Sequence record: SRR20825019_1320
Direction: 5' to 3' (one strand)
Length of the DNA: 49,468 nt
Part shown: positions 18,352-28,017 of the stretch, piece after piece
How positions within the stretch are numbered: position 1 is the stretch's first letter
Layout of the letters: the number at the start of each line of letters is the position of its first letter
The notes under the pieces: generated by a model
What the model was told of the DNA's origin: nothing
The model's database searches: none
What the model saw: only the letters and a program-made list of their open reading frames with translations
Made by a program: the position numbers and the translations under genes

Positions 18352-20270
18352 TAGCGTAAAAGGTTTTTTACTTGGAACCTCACCTCTATCAAGGATTGAA
18401 TTTCCTTGACAGTCTTGAAGGTTCTCTTCAGTTTGATTTTTTCTTCTTTGTTCAATTTATCCAAAGCAATATATCGGCCCGAATCGTTATGCAACAGCCC
18501 CTGTCTCGTTCTAAATTTCAACAATGCTTTACTGGCATAGGAGCAGGCGAGATAAAGCTCTTTATTATTGGGCTCCAATTCTGCGAGTTTTTCATAACGT
18601 TCGGCTGTATTGTTGATAGATTTGATGGAGTGGGATAAAATCAATACCCGTGCAGCATCTATAATGGGCATTAGGGCACGAAGTTTTAAATCGAAAAAAT
18701 CCTTGTGCTCACCATCTTGCTCTACAAGAAAATCCCTAAAAAAACCAGAAGGAGAAGGGTTTTGCAGTGCACCGCTTGCCAAATGGGTAAAAAATAGGGG
18801 ATATCCCTGTACACTGTCAAAAATACTTTGTGAGAGTTCATCGGCCAATGCCTTGTCACCAAAAGTAACATTGTAATCAAAAAATATGGATAATAAAAGT
18901 ATTTCATCTGGCCCAGGGTTATGTATCCAATGTCTTGTTACATCCTTCCATTCACTAAGGCTATGGCACCACGAAAGGTTGGAAGCCATCATATCCGCTG
19001 GACAATATTCAAAACCAATGGTATTTAGCATTTTGGAAATCCGTTCGCCCAATTTTAAGAAATAGGACCGGGTAACTTCTAAATTCTCCTTTGGTACATC
19101 TTCAAAAATAATGGCATTGTCTTGGTCAGTGTTCAATAATTGTTCGCCACGACCTTGGCTGCCCATGCTCAACCAAGTAAATTTTACAGGGGGTTCTTTT
19201 TCCATTTTCGACAATGCGATTTTTACCACCTGCTTCGTGGAGGCATCATTGAGTTCGGAAATAATTTTGGAAACTAGTCCCAACGGAATGTTCTGTTCCA
19301 AATAACCTTGAAGCAGATTCATGATTCCATGTCGAATGCTGCGTAGTCTTTTTGCTTTGGAAGCCCTTTTTATGGCGCGTAAAAGTACTGCGGGGTTGTT
19401 CCCGACAGCTACCATTATATCATGTTTGGATAAGATTCCTGCCACTTTTGAGTCCGTAGTCCCATCCTCTGTGAGCACTAAATGACTGATATCGCTCTTC
19501 ATCATGGCCATTTGCGATTGCGCCAAAGTAAGTCCTTTGGGGTAGGTGATAATGGGAGATGACATTATAGATTGGGCGGATGCAGTAATGGGATATAATC
19601 CTGTTGCCACTTTTTTCCGGATATCCTTGTCCGTTATGATACCCACGGGAAGGTCTTCCCGAACCACCAACATACAACCTACATTGTGCTTGGTCATTTT
19701 GTTGGCAATGGTCTTTACTTGTGTGCCCTCCTTGCAAGTGATGAGCTTGGTTGAATATTTAATGGGCTGCAAATCCAGCATTTTGTCGCTGGAATATTGA
19801 TTGGAATCGATGTTGTCCCCATAGAGCTTGCCACGATGTTTAATGGAATAGGGGTTTCCCGTATTGGAAGCAAAGCTTTCTATCAAAAAATTCCCGATAC
19901 GTTTGTTTTCGAGAGCCAGTGGCTTGAAATCTTTGATGGGAATGGCGTAGAGGATGGTTTCTTCATAGGCCTTCGCTTCCAATTTATAACTTTCATTGGC
20001 CAGCAAGGGGCGCAATCCGAACACATCACCTTCATCACAAATATCCAATATCTGGCTTGAACCTGATTTGGAAAGTGCCACGGCACCTTTGTTCACCACA
20101 TAAAAATTGTCGTGCGGACTTTCACCTTGGGAGAAAACCACCGTGTTGGTCTCTTTGTGGATTATGGTGACCTCAATGGACAACTGCTCCAGCTGTTTGG
20201 ATTCCATGGCATTGAAGGGGGGGTAGCTTTTTAGAAAATCGGCAATACGCTCGGATATGGTGTTTTTCAT
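18351..20270 (-). CDS. cNMP-binding + CBS pair + DUF294 nucleotidyltransferase protein
   Basis: N-terminal cNMP-like fold (YVVNKGAV..EGDVFG), CBS pair (GIITDKDIR; GILSKHDI), pol-beta NTase motif GSQGRGEQ....DQDNA, C-terminal DUF294_C helical region. Confidence 0.9.
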   Translation of the reverse strand: MKNTISERIADFLKSYPPFNAMESKQLEQLSIEVTIIHKETNTVVFSQGESPHDNFYVVNKGAVALSKSGSSQILDICDEGDVFGLRPLLANESYKLEAKAYEETILYAIPIKDFKPLALENKRIGNFLIESFASNTGNPYSIKHRGKLYGDNIDSNQYSSDKMLDLQPIKYSTKLITCKEGTQVKTIANKMTKHNVGCMLVVREDLPVGIITDKDIRKKVATGLYPITASAQSIMSSPIITYPKGLTLAQSQMAMMKSDISHLVLTEDGTTDSKVAGILSKHDIMVAVGNNPAVLLRAIKRASKAKRLRSIRHGIMNLLQGYLEQNIPLGLVSKIISELNDASTKQVVKIALSKMEKEPPVKFTWLSMGSQGRGEQLLNTDQDNAIIFEDVPKENLEVTRSYFLKLGERISKMLNTIGFEYCPADMMASNLSWCHSLSEWKDVTRHWIHNPGPDEILLLSIFFDYNVTFGDKALADELSQSIFDSVQGYPLFFTHLASGALQNPSPSGFFRDFLVEQDGEHKDFFDLKLRALMPIIDAARVLILSHSIKSINNTAERYEKLAELEPNNKELYLACSYASKALLKFRTRQGLLHNDSGRYIALDKLNKEEKIKLKRTFKTVKEIQSLIEVRFQVKNLLR

Positions 20271-20458
20271 ACTACTAATTTAAGCCTTGGTTTCATTTTC
20301 AAGAAATTATTGCTCCATAACCTTTTGATGGATAATTGTCTCATGTATACTGTATTCCTCAAAGTAATCACCAACTTTTTACCTTGCCCATAAACACCTA
20401 TCTTTGCCCATCGGAAAAACAAGAATCCAATTTTCTAATAATCTATTAATCATATACA

Positions 20459-21391
20459 ATGCAAGACGGAATCTACGCAAAGTTCAATACTTCCAAAGGT
20501 GAAATATTGGTGAAGCTTACGCATGATAAAACACCTGGAACGGTTGGCAACTTTGTTGCACTGGCAGAAGGGAATATGGAGAACAGTGCTAAGCCACAAG
20601 GAAAACCGTATTATGATGGACTAAAGTTCCACAGGGTAATTGCCGATTTTATGGTTCAGGGCGGATGTCCTTCCGGAACTGGAACCGGAGACCCAGGATA
20701 CAAGTTTGATGATGAATTCCATCCAGATTTGGTGCATGATGGACCTGGAGTACTATCCATGGCCAACGCAGGGCCCGGTACCAATGGGAGCCAATTTTTT
20801 ATCACTCATGTAGCCACCCCATGGTTGGACAATAAGCATACTGTGTTCGGTCGTGTTGAAGAAGGTCAGGATGTTGTGGATGCCATTTCTCAAGGAGATT
20901 CGATTGAAACCTTGGAAATTGTAAGGGTAGGTGAAGAGGCCCAAAAATGGAACGCTATTGAGGCTTTCCGTACATTTGAAGGTGCAAGGGAAAAGCGTAT
21001 CGCAGAGCAAAAGGCTGCCGCTGAGGCTGAAATGGAAAAGTTGGCCGCCGGTTTTGATAAGACCGATAGTGGGCTTCGTTATAAGATTATTCAAAAAGGT
21101 AGCGGTGCCAAAGCAGAAAAAGGTAAAACCGTATCCGTGCATTATGAAGGTGCTTTGACGAATGGTCAAGTATTCGATTCATCCTATAAAAGAAAGCAAC
21201 CCATAGATTTTTCATTGGGCATTGGACAAGTAATTCCCGGTTGGGATGAAGGTATCAGTTTGCTAAAAGTTGGTGACAAGGCCCGTTTTGTGATACCATC
21301 GCACTTAGCCTATGGAAGTACCGGAGCAGGCGGAGTTATTCCACCCAACGCAACATTGATTTTTGATGTAGAATTGATGAACGTGAAATAA
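20459..21391 (+). CDS. Peptidyl-prolyl isomerase, cyclophilin + FKBP fusion
   Basis: [31 protein letters not shown] (cyclophilin); VHYEG...FDSS...VIPGWDEG...[13 protein letters not shown] (FKBP). Confidence 0.95.
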   Translation: MQDGIYAKFNTSKGEILVKLTHDKTPGTVGNFVALAEGNMENSAKPQGKPYYDGLKFHRVIADFMVQGGCPSGTGTGDPGYKFDDEFHPDLVHDGPGVLSMANAGPGTNGSQFFITHVATPWLDNKHTVFGRVEEGQDVVDAISQGDSIETLEIVRVGEEAQKWNAIEAFRTFEGAREKRIAEQKAAAEAEMEKLAAGFDKTDSGLRYKIIQKGSGAKAEKGKTVSVHYEGALTNGQVFDSSYKRKQPIDFSLGIGQVIPGWDEGISLLKVGDKARFVIPSHLAYGSTGAGGVIPPNATLIFDVELMNVK

Positions 21392-21413
21392 GAAATTTCA
21401 CATCAAAACATAG

Positions 21414-21441
21414 AAAGCCTTCAGTAATGGAGGCTTTTTTT
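21414..21441. terminator. Intrinsic terminator after the PPIase gene (probably bidirectional)
   Basis: AAAGCCTTCA-GTAA-TGGAGGCTTTTTTT. Confidence 0.8.
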
Positions 21442-21523
21442 ATTTGGCCCGGTTTACGCTCAAAAACAATAAACAGGCGTTAAGTGCGAGTAGTGCAACA
21501 AGAATGCTTAAAAAAGTTGTCAT
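21440..21523 (-). CDS. Unannotated 27-aa single-helix microprotein MTTFLSILVALLALNACLLFLSVNRAK
   Basis: Translated by hand; ATG with A-rich upstream context; 14/27 identical, ungapped, to the neighbouring microprotein. Confidence 0.7.
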   Translation of the reverse strand: MTTFLSILVALLALNACLLFLSVNRAK

Positions 21524-21595
21524 GGTTGTAACGTGTTTATTAGGTAACAGTTCAACGGTAAAAAACCCTACCTATTGCCCTAATCGACTTTTTTG

Positions 21596-21682
21596 TTACT
21601 TTTTTGAACCATTGACACTCCATACCAATAGCAGGGCATTGACAATCAATAAAAACGAAAGTACTCCGAAAAAGGTATTCAT
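21596..21682 (-). CDS. Unannotated 28-aa single-helix microprotein MNTFFGVLSFLLIVNALLLVWSVNGSKK
   Basis: Translated by hand; paralogue of 21440-21523 sharing M.TF...L..LL..NA.LL..SVN..K. Confidence 0.7.
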   Translation of the reverse strand: MNTFFGVLSFLLIVNALLLVWSVNGSKK

Positions 21683-21775
21683 TTATTGTTAGGTTTATAT
21701 GGTTATGGGGAACAGTGTTTGTTTATTCCTTAGATAGGAAACTTTGGAATGGTTGCGTAGAATTTGAAAAAAAGC

Positions 21776-21805
21776 AAAAAAAAGCCTGGGCAAAAGCCCA
21801 GGCTT
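21776..21805 (-). terminator. Intrinsic terminator after the cold-shock gene
   Basis: AAGCCTGGGC-TTTT-GCCCAGGCTT followed by a U-run on the minus strand. Confidence 0.85.
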
Positions 21806-21830
21806 GTCTAGAAAAAAAGTTTATTATAAC

Positions 21831-22025
21831 CTAATCCGCAACTTGTACGTTAACGGCGTTCAATCCTTTTTTACCTTGTTGTAGTTCGAATTCTACAACG
21901 TCACCTTCTCTGATTTCATCGATTAAACCTGAAATGTGTACGAAGTGATCTGTGTTTGAACCATCTTCAGTGATAAATCCGTAACCTTTAGAATCATTGA
22001 AGAATTTTACTGTTCCTTTACTCAT
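21831..22025 (-). CDS. Cold-shock protein (CspA family)
   Basis: GTVKFFNDSKGYGFI (RNP1), HFVHISG (RNP2), KGLNAVNV. Confidence 0.96.
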   Translation of the reverse strand: MSKGTVKFFNDSKGYGFITEDGSNTDHFVHISGLIDEIREGDVVEFELQQGKKGLNAVNVQVAD

Positions 22026-22107
22026 AATATAAATTGAAAAAATTAAATTGGCTCCAAAGGTACGTTTAATTTATTGGCAATCAGTTTTTTTCTTCAAATA
22101 AAAAAAA

Positions 22108-22746
22108 TTAAGCTGTTGGATCAGGCGTCAAACGTAGGTATGGTTTTACTTCTTCCACCCCTTTTGTAAAAATATTTTTCGCTTCTTCTGTAGGTATGGC
22201 AGGGCTAACTACCACTTTTTCACCGTTTTTCCAGTTGGCTGGAGTAGCTACTTTATGGTTTGCTGTTAACTGCAATGAATCCACAACTCTGAGCAATTCG
22301 TAAAAATTACGTCCGGTAGAGGCGGGATAGGTGAGCGTAAGTTTGATTTTTTTATCTGGATCGATAATGAATACTGAACGAACGGTCAACGTATTGTCCG
22401 CGTTAGGGTGGATCATATCATAAAGATCGGACACCTTTCGCTCTACGTCTGCAACTATCGGAAAATTCACCTCAGTGTTTTGGGTTTCATTGATGTCCTT
22501 TATCCATTCCAAGTGTGAAGCGGCACCATCGACACTCAAAGCCATCATTTTTACATTTCTTTTGTCAAACTCATCCTTGAATTTGGCCGCGGTACCCAGT
22601 TCAGTTGTGCAAACGGGCGTGAAATCAGCAGGGTGGGAGAACAAAATTCCCCAGCTATCCCCAAGATATTCATAAAAATTCAATGTTCCTTCTGAAGTTA
22701 CCGCAGTAAAATCCGGAGCGGTATCTCCCAATCTTAAAGTTGCCAT
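22108..22746 (-). CDS. 1-Cys peroxiredoxin (Prx6 family)
   Basis: FSHPADFTPVCTTE, YPASTGRNF.E.LR, VATPANW. Confidence 0.95.
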   Translation of the reverse strand: MATLRLGDTAPDFTAVTSEGTLNFYEYLGDSWGILFSHPADFTPVCTTELGTAAKFKDEFDKRNVKMMALSVDGAASHLEWIKDINETQNTEVNFPIVADVERKVSDLYDMIHPNADNTLTVRSVFIIDPDKKIKLTLTYPASTGRNFYELLRVVDSLQLTANHKVATPANWKNGEKVVVSPAIPTEEAKNIFTKGVEEVKPYLRLTPDPTA

Positions 22747-22891
22747 ATATTTTAATTTTTAGGTTTATAAATTAGTACTCTACAAAATTACTAGATTATT
22801 TGGTTGTCTAGTTGTAAATCAGTTAAAAGTGTATTAAAATACGGCTTTTTGATGAAGTGTGTTATTGCCAAAAAGTTATTATTTTTAGTTT

Positions 22892-23434
22892 ATGGAAAAT
22901 GAAACCTTGGAACAACTGCGCTATCCGATAGGAAAATTTGAGATTCCTGATGCTATTACAAGTGATGATCTCGAAAAATGGATCACTGATTTGGAAACAC
23001 TCCCTCAAAGATTGAGCGATTTGGTTGCCCCGCTTTCGGAGCAACAACTCGAAACTCCTTATCGTCCCGGAGGTTGGACGGTACGGCAGTTGGTCCATCA
23101 TATTTCTGATAGTCACCATAACAGCTATATACGTTTTAAGTGGGCTTTGACAGAGGATACTCCGACCATAAAGGCCTACAATGAAAAGGCTTGGGCGGAG
23201 CTGTTCGATACAAGAACCGCTCCAATACTCATGTCGTTGTACCATTTGAGTGCCATACATGCCAAGTTGGTGTATTTGTTGAAGGGGCTTTCAGAAGAGG
23301 ATTTGCAACGGAGTTTTATCCATCCAGATGGAAACCAAAAAACCAATTTAAAGGAGAACATTGGGCGTTATGCATGGCACGGTAATCACCATTACTCGCA
23401 TATCTTAAATTTGGTTGAACGCAAAGGGTGGTAG
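22892..23434 (+). CDS. YfiT/BstA-like bacillithiol S-transferase (DinB superfamily)
   Basis: LRYPIG, TPYRPGGWTVRQLVHHISDSH, YAWHGNHH. Confidence 0.88.
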   Translation: MENETLEQLRYPIGKFEIPDAITSDDLEKWITDLETLPQRLSDLVAPLSEQQLETPYRPGGWTVRQLVHHISDSHHNSYIRFKWALTEDTPTIKAYNEKAWAELFDTRTAPILMSLYHLSAIHAKLVYLLKGLSEEDLQRSFIHPDGNQKTNLKENIGRYAWHGNHHYSHILNLVERKGW

Positions 23435-23435
23435 G

Positions 23436-23978
23436 CTAAAGTTCTTTGGTCAAAATATACATGGGCTTCTCTTCTGGTTTTACATGGGGAAGTGTTACTT
23501 CGCTCTCCCTTTTGATGATAAAGCCATTTTTTTGATAAAACTGTACCGGTTTGCCTTTTTGCATGGCATCCAGCCAAATGACTTTTTTGTTCAGTGCCCT
23601 GGCCGTTTCTTCAATAAACTGAATCAATTGTTTGCCAATGCCTTTGCCTGAATGCTCTTTCAAAAGATAGATTTTTTCGGCTTTTAATGCCTCGGTATCC
23701 GATATTTCATCAATGCCACAGTCTTTTAGCAATTTAAGGACGCCAACCGTTTCTTCTCCCAAGTTGACCAGAAAATTCAAAACATTGGGGTCTTGTAGTT
23801 CACGTTCTACAACATCAGACGTAAAACCATTTGAAATGTATGGTGTTGGGTCTTCATTTTCCCATAAATGGAGGTAATTCTCGCGATAGGATTTAATGCC
23901 AATGGTCAAGTAGGTTGTATGGTTGTCGTGGTTGACAGGAACTAATGTTACGGTATTGTCCAAAACATCACAGTTCAT
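23436..23978 (-). CDS. GNAT-family N-acetyltransferase
   Basis: KIYLLKEHSGKGIGKQL motif A; FYQKNGF. Confidence 0.88.
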   Translation of the reverse strand: MNCDVLDNTVTLVPVNHDNHTTYLTIGIKSYRENYLHLWENEDPTPYISNGFTSDVVERELQDPNVLNFLVNLGEETVGVLKLLKDCGIDEISDTEALKAEKIYLLKEHSGKGIGKQLIQFIEETARALNKKVIWLDAMQKGKPVQFYQKNGFIIKRESEVTLPHVKPEEKPMYILTKEL

Positions 23979-23984
23979 TTATAG

Positions 23985-24545
23985 TTAGGTGTTTTTCCAT
24001 TTGATATTACATCCCAAACTCGGTTTTTGGTCTTGCTCAACCTCTTTTCCTTCCAGAATAGCGTCCATTGCTTTTTTAAGATCGGATCCTGTTAGGGGAA
24101 CATCGTTTCCAGGTCTGGAGCCATCAAGTTGCCCCCTATAAACCAAGGTTAGTTGAGGATCAAAAAGATAAATATCCGGTGTACAAGCTGCATCGTAGGC
24201 TTTGGCGACCTCTTGGGTTTCATCATACAGATACGGAAACGTATACCCCTCTTCTTTTGCTTTTTGTTTCATAAGATCTGGGGAGTCCTGGGGGTAGTTT
24301 TCCACATCGTTACTCGATATAGCGACAAACGCAATACCTTTTTCTTGATACTTCTTGGCCAATTCAACAATCATTGGGTTTACGTGAAGTACAAAAGGGC
24401 AGTGGTTGCATATGAACATTACTACCGTACCCTTTTCACCTTTTGCACTGTTCAACGATATGGATGTGCCGGAAATGGTATCGAAAAGTTTAAAATCAGG
24501 TGCCTTGGTGCCCAAGGGAAGCATGTTGCTGGGTGTCCTAGCCAT
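23985..24545 (-). CDS. Thioredoxin/AhpC-TSA-like redoxin
   Basis: MFICNHCPFV, AYDAACTPD, YRGQLD.SRP, GCNIKW. Confidence 0.9.
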   Translation of the reverse strand: MARTPSNMLPLGTKAPDFKLFDTISGTSISLNSAKGEKGTVVMFICNHCPFVLHVNPMIVELAKKYQEKGIAFVAISSNDVENYPQDSPDLMKQKAKEEGYTFPYLYDETQEVAKAYDAACTPDIYLFDPQLTLVYRGQLDGSRPGNDVPLTGSDLKKAMDAILEGKEVEQDQKPSLGCNIKWKNT

Positions 24546-24585
24546 GGTTCTTAGTTTTTTGTTGTGGTAACGCTATGGTAAAAAT

Positions 24586-24617
24586 AAAAAAACGACCTGC
24601 AAAATACAGGTCGTTTT
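24586..24617 (-). terminator. Intrinsic terminator after the PUR-family gene
   Basis: AAAACGACCTG-N7-CAGGTCGTTTT with extended A-run on the plus strand. Confidence 0.75.
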
Positions 24618-24639
24618 AAATTATTGAAGGAATTGTTTT

Positions 24640-25020
24640 TTAGATATCGTCAAAACTCACATCGGTAAAATTGCTACCGGTGGCAGTTCCATTTTCACTG
24701 AAAGTTTCTTCTTCATCCTCCTTTTTAAAATCTTTTTGGTGGCGTTCGGAGATGACCTCGCTTCCTTTTTCATCAATGATGTAGTCCATCATCTCTTCCA
24801 TAATCTCACGGAAAGCGCTAAAATCCTCTTTGTACAAATAAATTTTATGCTTTTTGTAATGGAAAGAACCATCATCGTGAGTAAACTTTTTACTCTCTGT
24901 TATGGTAAGGTAATAGTCTCCGGCCTTGGTGCTTCTGACGTCGAAAAAGTAGGTTCTTCTTCCTGCTCTTAAGACTTTCGAATAAATCTCTTCCTGATCC
25001 ATTGTATCTTTCTGGCCCAT
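24640..25020 (-). CDS. PUR-family (DUF3276) ssDNA/RNA-binding protein
   Basis: SKVLRAGRRTYFFDV...YLTITESKK...KHKIYLYKEDF. Confidence 0.9.
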   Translation of the reverse strand: MGQKDTMDQEEIYSKVLRAGRRTYFFDVRSTKAGDYYLTITESKKFTHDDGSFHYKKHKIYLYKEDFSAFREIMEEMMDYIIDEKGSEVISERHQKDFKKEDEEETFSENGTATGSNFTDVSFDDI

Positions 25021-25095
25021 ATGGTATAGTGTATTTAGTACTATGTTGAATTACGTTACCAAAAATGTAAAAAAAAAGCTAATTCAGCAACTTTT

Positions 25096-26850
25096 TTATG
25101 ATTCTTTGCCCGAAAGCTGATTAATGTAAAGGTCTTTATAATACCCATCAGTATTGTTCAGTTCTTCATGTGTGCCTTCTTGTATGATGCTTCCATTGTC
25201 CAATACGATAATCTTATCCGCGTTTTTGGCAGATGATACCCTATGGCTCACAATCAATGTGGTCTTGCTTTTTGAAACTTTTTTCAAATTATTGAGAATC
25301 TCTTCCTCCGTTTCGGTATCCACTGCAGAAAGGGAATCATCGAACAAATAGATTTTTGGGTCTTTGAGCAATGCCCGGGCAATGGAAACACGCTGTTTTT
25401 GTCCTCCACTCAACGTAATGCCGCGTTCGCCCAAAATAGTATTGTATTTTTTGGCAAACCCTTCAATGTTTTTATGGACGACCGCTTTTTTTGCGACCGC
25501 TACAATTTCATCATGGGTGGCGTTCTCATTACCAAAACGGATATTGTTCTCAATAGTGTCCGAGAATAGAAAAGCATCTTGCGGTACGGCACCGATAGAA
25601 CTTCGTAAACTGTCCAAATTTAGATTTTGAACGGGTATTCCATCAATCAATACTTCGCCTGAAGAGGTGTCGTACAAACGTGCCACCAAATCCAATATGG
25701 TAGATTTTCCGGAACCTGTTTTTCCTAAAATGGCTACGGTCTGGCCTGCTTTTACCGAGAACGAAACATTTTTGAGGGCAGTGATGTTGGTGTCCTCGTA
25801 AGTGAAAGTCACATTCTTGAATTCGATATCGCCTTTGATCGGGGTAGGCTCCTTTACCATATTTTGGATGGAGGGTTCCTCTTTCAAAAATTCGTTGATT
25901 CTTTTTTGTGAAGCTTCTGCGCGTTGTACAATGGATGTTAGCCATCCTACAATGGCAACGGGCCATGTAAGCATATTGACATATAATATAAATTCTGCAA
26001 TAATTCCAATGGTTTCAATTTCCCCATTGATGTATTGGCGTCCTCCAATATATATAACGAACAGGTTGCTCACCCCGATCAATAATATCATCAAAGGAAA
26101 GAACCATGCATTTACTTTGGCCAAGGCCATACTGGTATCTTTTCCCTCTTGGGCCAAATCGCGTAGTTCATTATTGATACGAGGCTCAATACTGTATGCT
26201 TTGATTACAGAAATTCCTGAAAAGGATTCTTGGGTAAACGTGGAAAGGGTGGATAGAAATTCCTGCACCTTGGTGCTCCTTTTGTGGATTATCTTGCTGA
26301 TTTGATATATCAAAACCGATAAGATGGGTAACGGGAGCAGGGTATAGGCTGCAAGAGTGGGAGCTTTTATGAACATTAGGGGAATCAAGCAGACAAAAAG
26401 GGTCAAGGTCTGTATACCGTACATAATGGCAGGCCCACCGTACAATCGCACCTGGTTGATGTCCTCGCTGATTCGGTTCATTAAATCCCCGATTCGGTTT
26501 TTCTTGTAAAAATTAAGACTGAGGAGCTGGTAATGGTCGAACACCTCGTTTTTGAGGTCATATTCAATATATCGAGATACATTTATAATGGTCTGGCGCA
26601 TCAGAAAAGTGAACAATCCTGATAAAAAAGCTGCGCCGACAATAATCAAAATGTACTGGAGCAGTAATCCTTTGGCATCGGACAACGTAATCACATCCGA
26701 CATAAAATCCTCCACGGCCTGGATGGATTTGTTCACGTAAGAAGGCATTACAAGGGAAAAAATCCGTGCAATTATGGTAATCAATATACCCAATAGCAGT
26801 TTAAGCCAATATTTCTTAAAATATTTATTTAAGTGCTTCAGTTCTTTCAT
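25096..26850 (-). CDS. ABC exporter, fused permease + ATPase (MdlA-like)
   Basis: Six-TM N-terminal half; GKTGSGKS, LSGGQKQR, LFDD, SHR. Confidence 0.92.
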   Translation of the reverse strand: MKELKHLNKYFKKYWLKLLLGILITIIARIFSLVMPSYVNKSIQAVEDFMSDVITLSDAKGLLLQYILIIVGAAFLSGLFTFLMRQTIINVSRYIEYDLKNEVFDHYQLLSLNFYKKNRIGDLMNRISEDINQVRLYGGPAIMYGIQTLTLFVCLIPLMFIKAPTLAAYTLLPLPILSVLIYQISKIIHKRSTKVQEFLSTLSTFTQESFSGISVIKAYSIEPRINNELRDLAQEGKDTSMALAKVNAWFFPLMILLIGVSNLFVIYIGGRQYINGEIETIGIIAEFILYVNMLTWPVAIVGWLTSIVQRAEASQKRINEFLKEEPSIQNMVKEPTPIKGDIEFKNVTFTYEDTNITALKNVSFSVKAGQTVAILGKTGSGKSTILDLVARLYDTSSGEVLIDGIPVQNLNLDSLRSSIGAVPQDAFLFSDTIENNIRFGNENATHDEIVAVAKKAVVHKNIEGFAKKYNTILGERGITLSGGQKQRVSIARALLKDPKIYLFDDSLSAVDTETEEEILNNLKKVSKSKTTLIVSHRVSSAKNADKIIVLDNGSIIQEGTHEELNNTDGYYKDLYINQLSGKES

Positions 26851-27031
26851 AAGAGGGAGAAAGGTGGTTTTTTAGCTTCGATGTAAGCAGACAATCCCGC
26901 AAATATATACCATACCTCACAAAGTAAATGTTATAAAACTGATAAGAAAGTAACTTTGGTAGGTAAGAATCAAATATAAGATTACTTTTGCGGTGTGAAA
27001 GCCAAATAATGACTTTAAAAGTTCTTTAAAC

Positions 27032-27979
27032 ATGTTAACCAGAAGGCACATTAGGGTAAAAGTGATGCAATGTATCTATGCATTGGTGCAATCCAAGGAC
27101 GATTCGCTTCAAAAGCAGGAAAAGTTCCTAAGAGTGAGTATAGAAAATATGTATGTTCTATATCTTTTGATTTTAAGCCTTTTGGCAGAACTGCACCGTT
27201 TGGCCGAGAAACATGTAAGCCACGCTTCCAAAAAATACGTGGCCACCGAAGAGGATAAATATCCCAATCCAGAAAAATTTGTAAAAAACCGATTGCTTTT
27301 GCAACTGGTCAACAACGAGGCATTGAAGAATGAACTCTCCAAGCGCAAACTGGACAATTGGTACCTGAACGATGAATATGTAAAGATCATCTACAGGGAA
27401 ATCATGGCCAGTGATATTTATAAGCAATATATGCTGAACGGAGCCGATGATCATACTGATGACCGTGATGTGGTGCTACAATTGTTCAAAGAGATTATAG
27501 CTCCCAACGAAAAAATCTACGATTACTTTGAGGACGATAAGCTTACTTGGGTAGATGATTTCCCCATTGTAAATACTTTTTTGGTCAAACGTCTTAAAAA
27601 GGCCAAGCCAGATTCTGGAGACCGTTTCTTTTTACCTGCATTGCTCAAGGATCAACAGGATTTGGATTTTGCCAATGACCTTTTGACCAAGACACTTCTT
27701 AACGATGGTAAATGGGAGAAAGAAATTGAAGGAAAAACTCCGAATTGGGACAACGACCGTATTGCTGAGATTGACTCCATTATCCTTAAAATGGCAATAT
27801 GCGAGTTACTTAACTTTCCCTCCATTCCAGAAAAAGTGACCCTGAACGAGTATTTGGAGATTGCCAAAGAGTATTCTACACCCAAGAGTAGTATATTTAT
27901 AAATGGGGTGTTGGATAAGTTGGCAAAAGAGTACAAATCGGATGGAAGGCTGCAAAAAATAGGTAGGGGTCTACAATAA
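27032..27979 (+). CDS. nusB: Transcription antitermination factor NusB (long Bacteroidota form)
   Basis: MLTRRHIRVKVMQ; NWDNDRIA.ID, VTLNEYLEIAKEYST.KS..FINGVLD; TACTTTTG box at 26983-26990. Confidence 0.93.
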   Translation: MLTRRHIRVKVMQCIYALVQSKDDSLQKQEKFLRVSIENMYVLYLLILSLLAELHRLAEKHVSHASKKYVATEEDKYPNPEKFVKNRLLLQLVNNEALKNELSKRKLDNWYLNDEYVKIIYREIMASDIYKQYMLNGADDHTDDRDVVLQLFKEIIAPNEKIYDYFEDDKLTWVDDFPIVNTFLVKRLKKAKPDSGDRFFLPALLKDQQDLDFANDLLTKTLLNDGKWEKEIEGKTPNWDNDRIAEIDSIILKMAICELLNFPSIPEKVTLNEYLEIAKEYSTPKSSIFINGVLDKLAKEYKSDGRLQKIGRGLQ

Positions 27980-28017
27980 ACAATAATTCCTTAATTTTGG
28001 GAAAACAAATTTTAATC

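Noticed and set aside
21444-21692. 82-aa plus-strand ORF from the track
   Set aside because: TTG start directly after a terminator and no motif; the region is better explained by the two minus-strand microproteins.
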